Below, piece by piece: positions 38,835-50,400 of a DNA stretch of 64,000 nucleotides; position 1 is the first letter of the stretch; each line of letters opens with the position of its first letter. The notes under the pieces were generated by a model that worked only from the letters and a program-made list of their open reading frames with translations, did not search any database and was not told the origin of the DNA. Position numbers and translations under genes: made by a program. The stretch lies in the NCBI GenBank assembly GCA_965202585.1, contig OZ241827.1, forward strand, positions 19,902,001 through 19,966,000, written 5' to 3'. The DNA is from Thalia democratica (lineage: Eukaryota).

Positions 38835-41800
38835 ATTCTAAAGATGATAGTCAAGTTGACAAGTTTCTATCAGGTAAGTTTTTGGTTAAGTTGTTTAATT
38901 TTACTGCAGTTTAACAAATGTTAATTTTTATTTATGCAATTTATATTGTTTGTTTTTTCAAGTAAAAACATAGGAAAAACAATATAGGCTTATTTTGTTA
39001 TAAACCTACAATTTAAAAGTCTACAGTTTTATTTTAATTTTAAGTATATAACTGAACATGTGATTTGTTCTTAAAGTTAAGTATCTTTAACTTTTAAGTT
39101 TCATTATGTTAAAACCTCATTATGTTAAAATGCTAAAAACATAGTTTTTGAGTTTAAACTAAAAAGTAAAAAAAAAACATTAATTACATTGTGCAACTAT
39201 TTTCTAGTTTGTTTTTTATATTGTTTTATGTTTTTTACTAAAAGATTGTAGTTGTTTTACTATATAAAACGTGTCATGTTTCTTAGAGCTTAGTGAAAGG
39301 AAAATTATAGTAGTTGTTAGTTGTTTTTTCAATTTAAAGCTATATTTATGTACAAGGTGGCAACAAAACCTGGAATCATTGAAAAACGTGGAAAAATCTG
39401 AAATTTCAAACAATTTTTACATGTAAAGTAGTAAAAATTTAATTTGATACAATAATCTGTCATATAGAAACTTTTTTCGTCATCATAAAAATTGAAAAAA
39501 AAAACATATAAAGTAGCTTGAAAGTATTTTTCAATGTTGTAATACTACTTAACACTGTTTTTAACCTTTAACTTAATTTATACTAAAAGTAGACCAAAAA
39601 CCTATACTTTCAAAAACCTGGAAGAAATTTCTCAAAAACCAAAGGATACTCTGTATACATTTATTTTACTTGCTTTTACTGTCAGTGTTTAACACTCAAG
39701 TGCTACACTTTATTTTCTAGCTTTTATGAATAATGTATAAAAATTAATATTTTTTCTTTACAAAAGTGTAATTTATAATAAAAACAGTTATTATTTAGTT
39801 ATTTATTTAAAGACCTCAATTTAAAATTGTTTTAGACTTCTTCGGTTAAACAAATAATTTTTTGTTTACTTTTTTAAAATGTGAAAAATTTTAATTATAA
39901 TTTAATGATCATTAACTTTTAATAAATTTTATGTAAACCGTTTGAAAGTTTGACCAAGTTTTCTGAAATACCTATACTGTAGTTACTAGAAGTGTATCTA
40001 AAATATTCTAATAAAGTAAAGTATCAGTCAATATTTTTTACTTAAGGAACATGAAAGTTTAAAGTTTTAGACTTTACTATCTGTTTATTAAAACTTAACT
40101 CTAACAAGGTACAATTTTGCAGGTATCTGTAATTTAGCTGCTTAGAAGTTTGTACTAGTTTAATTAATAGTAAATCTATTAAAATTTATCTGTTAAAAAG
40201 TATACTTTTATTTTACAGACGTCTTTCAACTGTGTATGAAGGACGTAGTGCAGTATTCAAGAGATAGGTCGAACCCGGTCATCAAGTTCAAGACTCCAGA
40301 ACAGCTCCTAGAAACAATTGACTATTCACTGTCAAAAGAAGGAACTGACAATGAAAAGTTGCTGGAATTGTGTGAGAAGGTTGTTGAGCACAGTCAAAAA
40401 ACTGGTAAGTTATTGATAATTACATATTGTTAATGTTATAATTCCATACTTTTAAATATAGTACTCGTAAATTTAAGTACTACTTAAATTCTTTAATGAT
40501 AGTTGTAAAATTAAGTACTTAATTTTTAATAATGCACAATTAGTAAGCATATTTACAATTCATTAAAAAATAAATTTTAACAAATAAGTTTATACTTTTT
40601 AAAAGACTAAAAAAATAGTACTCATTTGTTAAAATTTATTTTTTAATGAATTGTAAATATGCTTACTAATTGTGCATTATTAAAAATTAAGTACTTAATT
40701 TTACAACTATCATTAAAGAATTTAAGTAGTACTTAAATTTACGAGTACTATATTTAAAAGTATGGAATTATAACATTAACAATATTTTTTGAATTTCACA
40801 ACAAATAAAACGTATTAGGAAGCAAAAATGTATTCAAAAAAGCTGTTTTAAGTCCTTCCTTTTAAGTTTATACTTTTTAAAAGACTAAAAAAATAGTACT
40901 CAGTAGAAATTGATGATTACACAAAAAAGACTAGCAAATATTAGTAGATGATATATTACTACAAAAAACTATTCTAGCTATATTTTGACTGTGTATATGA
41001 CGGTTACTACAACCTTACACTGACTTATAGGCATGATAAATTTTCATTACTAATTTTAAAGTTTTTGATTGTCTTATTACCCTTCCTTTAATTTCATAAC
41101 TTTTATACTTGTTAGGACACCCATACTTCTTTAACCAAATGTATGGTGGAACAGACCCTTACGGGTTAGCTGGAAATATTATAGTGGACTCATTGAACAC
41201 AAATGGGTTTGTTTATAGTTTAAATATACAACTCAATCATTAAAATTCTGAATTTAGTATCACCTGTTCCATAATCTTTTAAAGTAGTTTACTAAAGTAA
41301 ATTAGCTGTCAAAGTGTAGATATAAATATTTTATTGTTTGAAAATGTTTAGTGGTTTATTTAGGTCCATTGTTTTGTTTAGTTACCTTGCTAATGAGTAA
41401 GCGCAGTCTTTTGCTAATAACTTATTTTCTCAAGGAATCATCATTCTCATTTTCTAATCTTGTCTTATTTAATTAAACTACATAAAATATTCCAAATAGC
41501 TCCTGCAAACAGTCATTGAAAAAATAATAATATAATAAAATATAACAGACACACATTTCAAGTGTCTCCAACATTCAGTGTTGCTAAAAAAAAAAATATA
41601 TTTTATAATAAAATATAACAGACACACATTTGAAGTGTCCCCAGCGTTTAGTGTTGCTGAAAATAAAAATAATTTATAAATACAACAGACACACATTTTA
41701 AGTGTCACCAGCGTTTAGTGTTGCTGAAAATTAAATAATTTATAATAAAATAAAACAGACACACGTTTGAAGTGTCTCCAGCGTTTAGTGTTGCTGAAAA

Positions 41801-44454
41801 GGTGCTTGTGGATCATTTGAAAAGTTTCCTCAACTATCAGGGTGATGGCACGTTCTGTCCAGGTTTAATTTTGTAATTATATTTTTTTAAAACTCATAGT
41901 TCATTAGTTTTTCAGTTATTTTTAAGTTTGATAATTGCAAACACCGTCTGTTTTTCTTGTATTCACTTTTTATTGTTTTTATTCATCCCAAGATTTTAAT
42001 AAATTTTACTCAGGTTTGTTTTATGATATTGCATTTCAAATTAAAACTAAAAATGGTTTGTCTAAATCATGGAACTCAATTTTTGTTATTTCTATTTTTT
42101 AAATCATTAATATTAATAAGTAACGTTTTTTCTTATAATGTAAGGAACATTTCCTAAAAATTTGAACACGATTGATTAAAAAATGAAGAAGAAGATAGAT
42201 TTTTAGTGATTTTTTAAATTACCGAGAAAATTGATCCCAAAAAATTTGCTGTCAATACATTTGAATTGCAAAATTTTTACAAAAAAAAACATCTCAAAAG
42301 TTAAATGATATTTTTGAATTCTATAAAGACTGGCTTGTAGTTTGTACTTAAAGTTTTCATATAAATACTGAAGTCATTTTTTGTAAAAAAAGTGTTGGAC
42401 CCCCTCTATGGCCTTAAGATAACAACCTTGAAATAATTTTTTTCTAATTGCTGTAGACTAGTAAACGTAGTTTTTACTAAGAACCCTCTGTAAATTTTTG
42501 AATTAAATATTAAATACAGTTATATTATAAATAACTTGTACCAAATAAATATTAATAGCTTGCTTGAAAAACTATTTTAAGTATAGTTCATGACTAATGT
42601 TGACTGTTACAACTTTTTATAACTCTTTCGGTCCAAACTTTGCAGTTCTTTTTTACACTTCATAATTTTAAAAAATTTAATCAAAAAAAATACCAAGTAA
42701 TAAAAAGTAAAGTTTTGGAATTAACCAGATACTTAACTATTGATTTATGAAAGTAAGAGAAAAAATATTCCACCATCAACAGGCGGATCTTACTGCGGTC
42801 TCCTCGCTATGGCCTCGGCCAGAACCGCCAAGTTCCCGGGCATCAGGCAGAAAGGAGCTTCGAACTTGCCCACTATGAAAGTGTTCTGCAGTGACCAGGT
42901 TACTATGAAAATTACTTGTTTATACTTTGTACATTGTGTTTGTAAAATTAATAAATCAACCTAGATATTTCGTCACTAACTTATTTGTAAAGTATATAGA
43001 AAAAATTAATATAACTACTTGTCTTAACAACAAAACATTGCTCAATTTACTGTAAAGTAACAAGCTTGTATAAATGATATCTAAATATTTTACTTATGTA
43101 GTAAAAACAAAAAAATAAAACTTTGATTAACTTTTGTAATTATTTTTTTAGTAGTTTTTAATTACCAGGCGCACTACTCGGCGCAGAAGAACAGCATGGT
43201 GCTGGGTATCGGATTGGACAATTGCGTGAGTGTGAAGTCGGATGACAAGGGGAAGATGATTGTTAGTGAACTACAGAAGGCCGTGGAAGAAGCTAAGAAT
43301 GATGTGAGTAAATGTATAACATATATATATATATATATATATATAATAGAATTAAGTTATTTAACTTAATAAATTAAATTTTTCACACTGAGCCCACCTT
43401 GAGGGCTTTATTAATAAAAAGGTTTATTTAAAGATGCAAAACTCAAAGAACTCGAGTTTCGTGATTACTCACTCATCAGCTTCAAAACAAGTTTAAAATA
43501 AAGCACAAAACAAAATCACTAATGAAGGTAAAAAATTTTTTGCATAAATAGATTATGACGTAATTTTGAAACTATCAAAAATCGTGCAAAACGGCTTGTG
43601 CAAAAACCAATCTAACAACAGACAATAAACTAGCAAAAATTCATATAACTTCAGTGAGTAACTACATATTAGGACAGATAATTGGAAGAGATAAAGATAA
43701 AATTAAGATGCAAATTGAAATTTAGGTTATTTTAAGATGAAATTAAAACTTGTTAAACTTTAAAAGCGACTTTTTTATATGTCTACAAGACGATACAAAC
43801 TCGCTTCTTTTGTTTAAACATCTTTTGTCTTTCAGTGCATATACAACGGCTGATGCTTCTTTGAGACACAGCCTACATATCGGGCTATTGCCGTCGGCTA
43901 TAGGCTGTGCTCTTTTTATAACTTCCCAGGATATTTCGTAGTCGATGCCGCTGCGCTTTAAGCCACAAACATATAAGCCGACGGCAATAGCCCGATATGT
44001 AGGCTGTGTCTCAAAGAAGCATCAGCCGTTGTATATGCACTGAAAGACAAAAGATGTTTAAACAAAAGAAGCGAGTTTGTATCGTCTTGTAGACATATAA
44101 AAAAGTCGCTTTTAAAGTTTAACAAGTTTTAATTTCATCTTAAAATAACCTAAATTTCAATTTGCATCTTAATTTTATCTTTATCTCTTCCAATTATCTG
44201 TCCTAATATGTAGTTACTCACTGAAGTTATATGAATTTTTGCTAGTTTATTGTCTGTTGGTAGATTGGTTTTTGCACAAGCCGTTTTGCACGATTTTTGA
44301 TAGTTTCAAAATTACGTCATAATCTATTTATGCAAAAAATTTTTTACCTTCATTAGTGATTTTGTTTTGTGCTTTATTTTAAACTTGTTTTGAAGCTGAT
44401 GAGTGAGTAATCACGAAACTCGAGTTCTTTGAGTTTTGCATCTTTAAATAAACC

Positions 44455-44485
<31 letters not shown>

Positions 44486-47400
44486 TTAAGTTATTTAACC
44501 TAATAAATTAAATTTTTCACACTGAGCCCACCTTGAGGGCTTTATTAATAAAAAATATATAGTAAAAATATACTAATATATAGTTACTCACTGAAATTAT
44601 ATGAATTTTTGCTAGTTTATTGTCTGTTGGTAGATTAATTTTTGCACAAGCCGTTTTGCATGGTTTTTGATAGTTTCAAAATTACGTCATAATCTATTTA
44701 TGCAAAAAATTTTTTACTTTCATTAGTGATTTTGTTTTGTGCTTTATTTTAAACTTGTTTTGAAGCTGATGAGTGAATAGTCACGAAACTCGAGTCCTTT
44801 GAGTTTTGCATCTTTAAATAAACTTTTATATATATATATATAAATTTACTATTAATGTGAGCTTGACTGTTTTTTAATGATGTGAGTTTGACTTTTAAAA
44901 ATTAGTTGTTCGAGTTTTTATTTTTATTAAGTGATGTGAGTTTGAACTTAGTTGAAAGTAATGTGAGTGTGAATTTTTTGTTTGGTTTTACTCAAAGTTA
45001 GTTTTATAAAACTATAAAATGATACTGTTCTGTCAAAAAATGTTTTATTTGCTGATAATGCTAAGAATAATGTGAGTTTGAATTTGGTTAAAAAAGTTAT
45101 GAGTTTTGAATAATTTAAGTTTGAATTTGGTTTGAAATAATTTGAGATTGACTGTAATTTGATTAAATTTAAGTTTTAAATTTTTTTGAAATGTTTTGAG
45201 TTTGATTTTGATTTCAAATAATTTGAGTTTAAACTTGGTTTGAAAAATGTTTAGTTTGAACTTGATTTGAAATAGTTTGAGTTTGAACATGGTTTGAATA
45301 GTTTGAACTTGGACTTGATTTAAAAAAAGTATGAATTTAAACTTTATTTGAAATAATTTTTGTTTGAACTTAATTTAAAATAATTTGAGTTTGAACTTGT
45401 TCTAAAAAACTTTTTGTTTGAACTTTAAAGATAAGCAAAATGTGAAAAGTTTAATGTGAAAAGTAAATGCTATACTAACTAATATTTGTATTTAGTTTAT
45501 CTTTTAAGATAAATTTCATAATAGTTTTATTGCTTTTAGATTAATTATTACTTGAAAACCTAGAGGCTACTTTAAAGTTAGATTTTTGATTTGAATGGAT
45601 AATGTTTATAATTTTAGCCATATGTTTATCATGAATAAACTTTTAGTTACTTAGTTAACTGGTGTTTTTTGGTTGTTTTACAGTACATTTACATGTTATA
45701 AATTTTGTTTTCACTGTTGAGAAAAACCTGGAACTTGACAAATTAGGCTGAAAAAAGCCTGGAGTTTTAAACAAATTTTACATTTGAAGTAATGAAATTT
45801 TGATTTGACATAAAAATCTATCATATAGTTGAATTTTGTTTGTCATCATTAATAACTTTTTTTTTTATTGAAAACACATTTAAATAAGCTTCACAGTATC
45901 TTTTTAGTGCTGTTGTACCATATAAGACAATTTTTAACTTCAAACTTAATTTTGTACTAGAATAAACCCACAAACTTGTACTTTCGAAAACCAGGAAGAA
46001 ATTTCTCAAAAACCTTTGGCAATCCTGCTGCAGAATTATTTAAAATTTAATCTTTAATGTTTGAAAATATTTTTGACTGAATTTGCCGTGGTGAAACTTT
46101 AAAAACGTGAATAATGGCGAGTAGTTGTTGAGATCAATGTTCTGCAAGATGAAGATTTCTGTCTACAGTTGAAAATGAATTCTGTTTTGAAATATCTTGT
46201 TTGATGAAGAGTGGTTGACTTATGTCTTCAAGATGGTTCCTAGAATTTCGAGATGAAGAATTTTGACAAGAGATGCTTGTTTCAAAGAACTGTTGTTTCG
46301 GAATGTATAATTGGAGATTGGTCGCTTTGGAATCGTTGAATATTTTGGTTGTGAAAGTTTGAGTTTTTTTAGTTTGTGCCTTGTATGAGTTTTATGTTTG
46401 TTTTAAGGTTGTAATTTGTTTTTTTTTTTTATGTTAGTGTCTTTCAGTTTAAGTGGCTTAGGTTTTAATGCCTAGGTCCTTCGTTTGACAATAAACTTCA
46501 AAAAAATGAAAATAATAACACTTACACGCTATTAATATTATTCTAATAATTTTTCTTTTATTTTTCGTATCAACTATTTTGATAAGGTCTTCAAGAACCA
46601 AAGTTTTTTTAGGTCTTCAACAACATTATCATCTTAATTCTTTTTTTTAATTTAAGTTTTTTATGTTTTGGTTAGTTTTTAAATAGTTTTAACAAAAAGT
46701 TGAGTTTTACTTTTAATGTAAACACTAGGTATAACTTTTTGTTTTGTGATTCAATAAGTTTGTTTTGTGACAACTGAAAAACAATCATTGCAACAATAAA
46801 ATGATTTTAGTGTTGTTATTGTTTTAGTGCTAATTTGAATTTCAATAGATTTGTGAAACTGGGTGTTACACAATTGCCTAAATATTTATTAAAATTTTAT
46901 ACAGTAATTTAATATAACTTAAAATCATTTTAAATTGTATGTAAAATTAATTTGTCGAAAACTTAATTTTTATGCTGTGTTCTTTATATGTGTTATGTAA
47001 AAGATAAAATTTTGTTTGTGAACCTTGAAGTTTTCATTTTTGTTTGTATAACGTTATGTGCTAAAAGTTAATAAATGACTAAACTTAACTTTGCTTTAAA
47101 TTTAGTGAGTAAATAAAATTTAATACTGCTATCTTTGTTTTAATTGATCTTTAGTATTCATTTTTCATTATTATTTTGTGCAAAATAATTTTAATAAATT
47201 TACTTATTTAACTATACAATTACTCTTATTTGAAATAAATACAGCTGCCTACTTAATGTTAAAACACAAAATTTAGCTTAATATGATATTAAACATAATA
47301 TTATTCTATCTTTTACTAGTATATCAGACAACTAAGTTTACTACAAAAGTCGTATTGCTTTAAAAGTTTCCAAAATGAGTAAAATTGTTGTTTATATACA

Positions 47401-50400
47401 GCTTACTTAAGCAATAATTTAGCTAAATTCTTATTTCTTTACTGATAATTAAACATTTAATTATTGCCTCAACAAAACAATTTATCCTGGGTATTTTCAC
47501 CTGTATATGTTTTTTATTTCATTTTTACACAATTGCTACAAATTTACTTCTACATATATATAACAGAGAACTAACTTCAAAATACTTTGCCAGTAGTTGA
47601 ACAGTTAGTTCTTGTCATAGCTAGATAGTTTATAGTTTGTTTAGCACCATTTGTACACTTAAAATATTGATAACAGGGGTGTGTTCTGGTCCCACTCACC
47701 TTATACACAATATTTTATCATGTACAAGTTTTGAAATTTATTACACTATTTACATTTGTAACAGGGGTGTGTACCACTGATGGTGATTGCAACCGCAGGC
47801 ACTACCGTGCTGGGAGCTTTCGACGATTTCAATGAAGTGTCGCAGATTTGCAAGAGCAACCAGATGTGGATGCACGTAGATGTATGTTTGAAGTTTTGCA
47901 TTTTATTACTAGTTGTTGTTTTTTTTTTCGAAATTTGAAAAATTCCGTTACCTTTATACCTGGCGGCAAAGTTTGAATTAAGAAATGGTCATGATTTGAC
48001 TCCTTTGCTTAAAATAAATAAAAACACACATTTTCCATGTAAGCTCGAAGAAGGAATCTACTTACAATAAAGAAAGTGAAAGAATTCAATTTTTATATAA
48101 AACTGTGATAGAAGTTGCATAAATTTAAAATATTTAAGTTCAAATGTTTATGTTGTTTTGCAAATAGCTTACTGCTAAGCACATTTACAATGTTAGAAGT
48201 ACTTAAGACTGCTTGAAATTGTAACAAAAAAATTCATCATTTCTTAATATGGCAGCAGGAGTAAATGTACAAATAACTAAGCTCGCCCAGTTGCTAACTA
48301 TTTATAAAAGTTATTTATAACCACCTTTACTAGTAATTAAAACTAATAAAAACTAATAAATAATTAATACTTAAAGGGGGCATGGGGTGGAAGCGCGCTT
48401 GTTTCGAATAAATATCGCCACCTACTGGATGGTTGTGAGAAGTTTGTTTTGTTTTAGTTATAAATGTACTTATAAATAAAAATTAAAGTTAAACAAAATA
48501 GAATTCACTTGAACTGAAACTGTAGCTACTTCTCAACTACTGAGCGGTTGTGAATTTTTTTCTTCATATTTTTATTGGAAATTGCAGATATAATAATTTT
48601 CTTGAAGTTAGTGGAGAAAATTGAACAGCTTAAACTATATTTTTATAATTTACCTTATTAATAATGTTTTTTTTGTTTATTTTTTTTGTATTTTATCAAT
48701 AAATAATAAGACTGCTTTTTATTTAATTTAGACTAAAAAGTATTTGTTTATAAAGTTCTAACTTTATATCAAATCATCTAAGTACAGTAAATGAATTTTG
48801 AATGCATATAAGAAATTAAATAAAGTAAGAATTTTTTTTTTAATGTTACATATTTTTTATAAATAAAGTATAAAGTAGTGTTTGTCAAAGTTATTTTTAA
48901 TTTTCAGAGCAGATTCGTTCGCTTGGAACCCACACAAACTATTAGGAGCCCCAATACAATCATCAGTACTCCTTTTCAGAGAGAAGGTAAATAGTTGATT
49001 CATTATAAAGTAAAAATAAAACACATAGTCTTTAAAAATGAGAAAACGTAGTTTGATTAGTTAAATAAAGTATGATGTATTTTAAACTGTCTAAATAACT
49101 TAAAAAGCAGTTTTAATACTGCAACTTACTACTAATAATTATCTCACTGAGTCTTCTATGTAACATTCGTGATGTCATATAAATTTATATTTTGATATTC
49201 GTTTGCTTTTAATATCTTTATAAATCAAATAATATCAAGCATCAATTATCGGGTTTAAAAGCGTATAATACAGAAAAATATTAAGATATTTTACATGTTA
49301 TGTTATAAGTATAAGATATATCTGAGGTAATATTTATCTTTTCAAGTTTGTAATTATTTCACATATGAATAGAAAAAGTATCAACTAAGTTAAACTTCAA
49401 GTTTTATAAGAACTTTAAAAAATTTGAATTTCAAACATAAACAGATTTGTCATCATTATATACTGTTAAAATTTTTGAAAAAAAAGTGGTACTGAAGACT
49501 CGAACTTTGTATAACCTGGTGTAGTTAACTTTGCAAAGTTGTATTTGGAAATATCTAATGTTAAAATTGAAATAACAATAGGTATTTCATTTATTTTATC
49601 AACAGGACATGCTACGAAAGAGTCAGTCTACAGAAGTGAAGTACTTGTTTCAAAACGACAAGCCTTACGATATGCAGTATGACCTCGGTAGAAACTTGCT
49701 GCAGTGTGGAAGATCTGTTAGTTATACAGGAAATTATTTAATAAGTGTTTGTATTCTTTTTTGTAAAAGCTTACTTTTATTCAGCATTGTAATTAAGTGT
49801 TTTTTTTAAATCAAAGTTTTGTTTTCTGTTACTTATGTACTTTTTAAAACCATCATTCTAAGTTTAAAAAAAAATATGAAAGAAGTAAACTAATATAATA
49901 TGCCAAAACACCCATTTTTAAATTACCCATAATTTTTTGGTTTTGACAATAACTCCAATATATATATATTTGATTTTTATTTCCCATTTTTTAAAAATAT
50001 TACAAAATAAGTCAATCGGTACGAAATACTAAAAATACAAATCATTACGAAGCGTCCAAAAACATGAAAAAAGTTAAATAAATACCCTGTCAAAAACTAT
50101 TACAAAATAAAATCGCTTTTTTTAGTGTTTTTTCTTGAAAACTACCAAACACTCCCTTTTTGAAATCCCCCTCGTTATATTTCAGACACAAAATCCAAAA
50201 GTTGTTTCAAAATGACAAACTCTTTTTTAGTGCGACACGTTCAAAATTATAACAACAAAAAACCCAAAGTTACAAAATCTCAAAGCTACACTGCCAAAAA
50301 ATGATTAAAAAACAAAAAACAATAAACTAAACACAAAAAAAAACATTCTAAATTTATGAATAATAGTTATCCCCCGTTATAATAGTGCGTTTTTGAAAAA

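Larger units (their letters stand above)
43418..44457. mobile_element. Young Penelope-like retroelement 3' ends in head-to-head (inverted) arrangement: 482-bp arms, 76-bp spacer
   Basis: 43418-43899 is the reverse complement of 43976-44457 (one mismatch seen). Each arm reads outward as PLE ORF C-terminus, stop, 3' region with hammerhead, then AATAAA. Confidence 0.88.

Noticed and set aside
41530-41800. CRISPR-like repeat-spacer appearance
   Set aside because: Eukaryotic intron, no cas genes, linkers are homologous rather than unique, and the repeat is a copy of a host exon start.
43750-43941. Plus-strand ORF MLNFKSDFF...
   Set aside because: Antisense of the PLE endonuclease fragment.
45045-45290. 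ORF MFKLKLFQIKFKL...
   Set aside because: Product of the short-period satellite.
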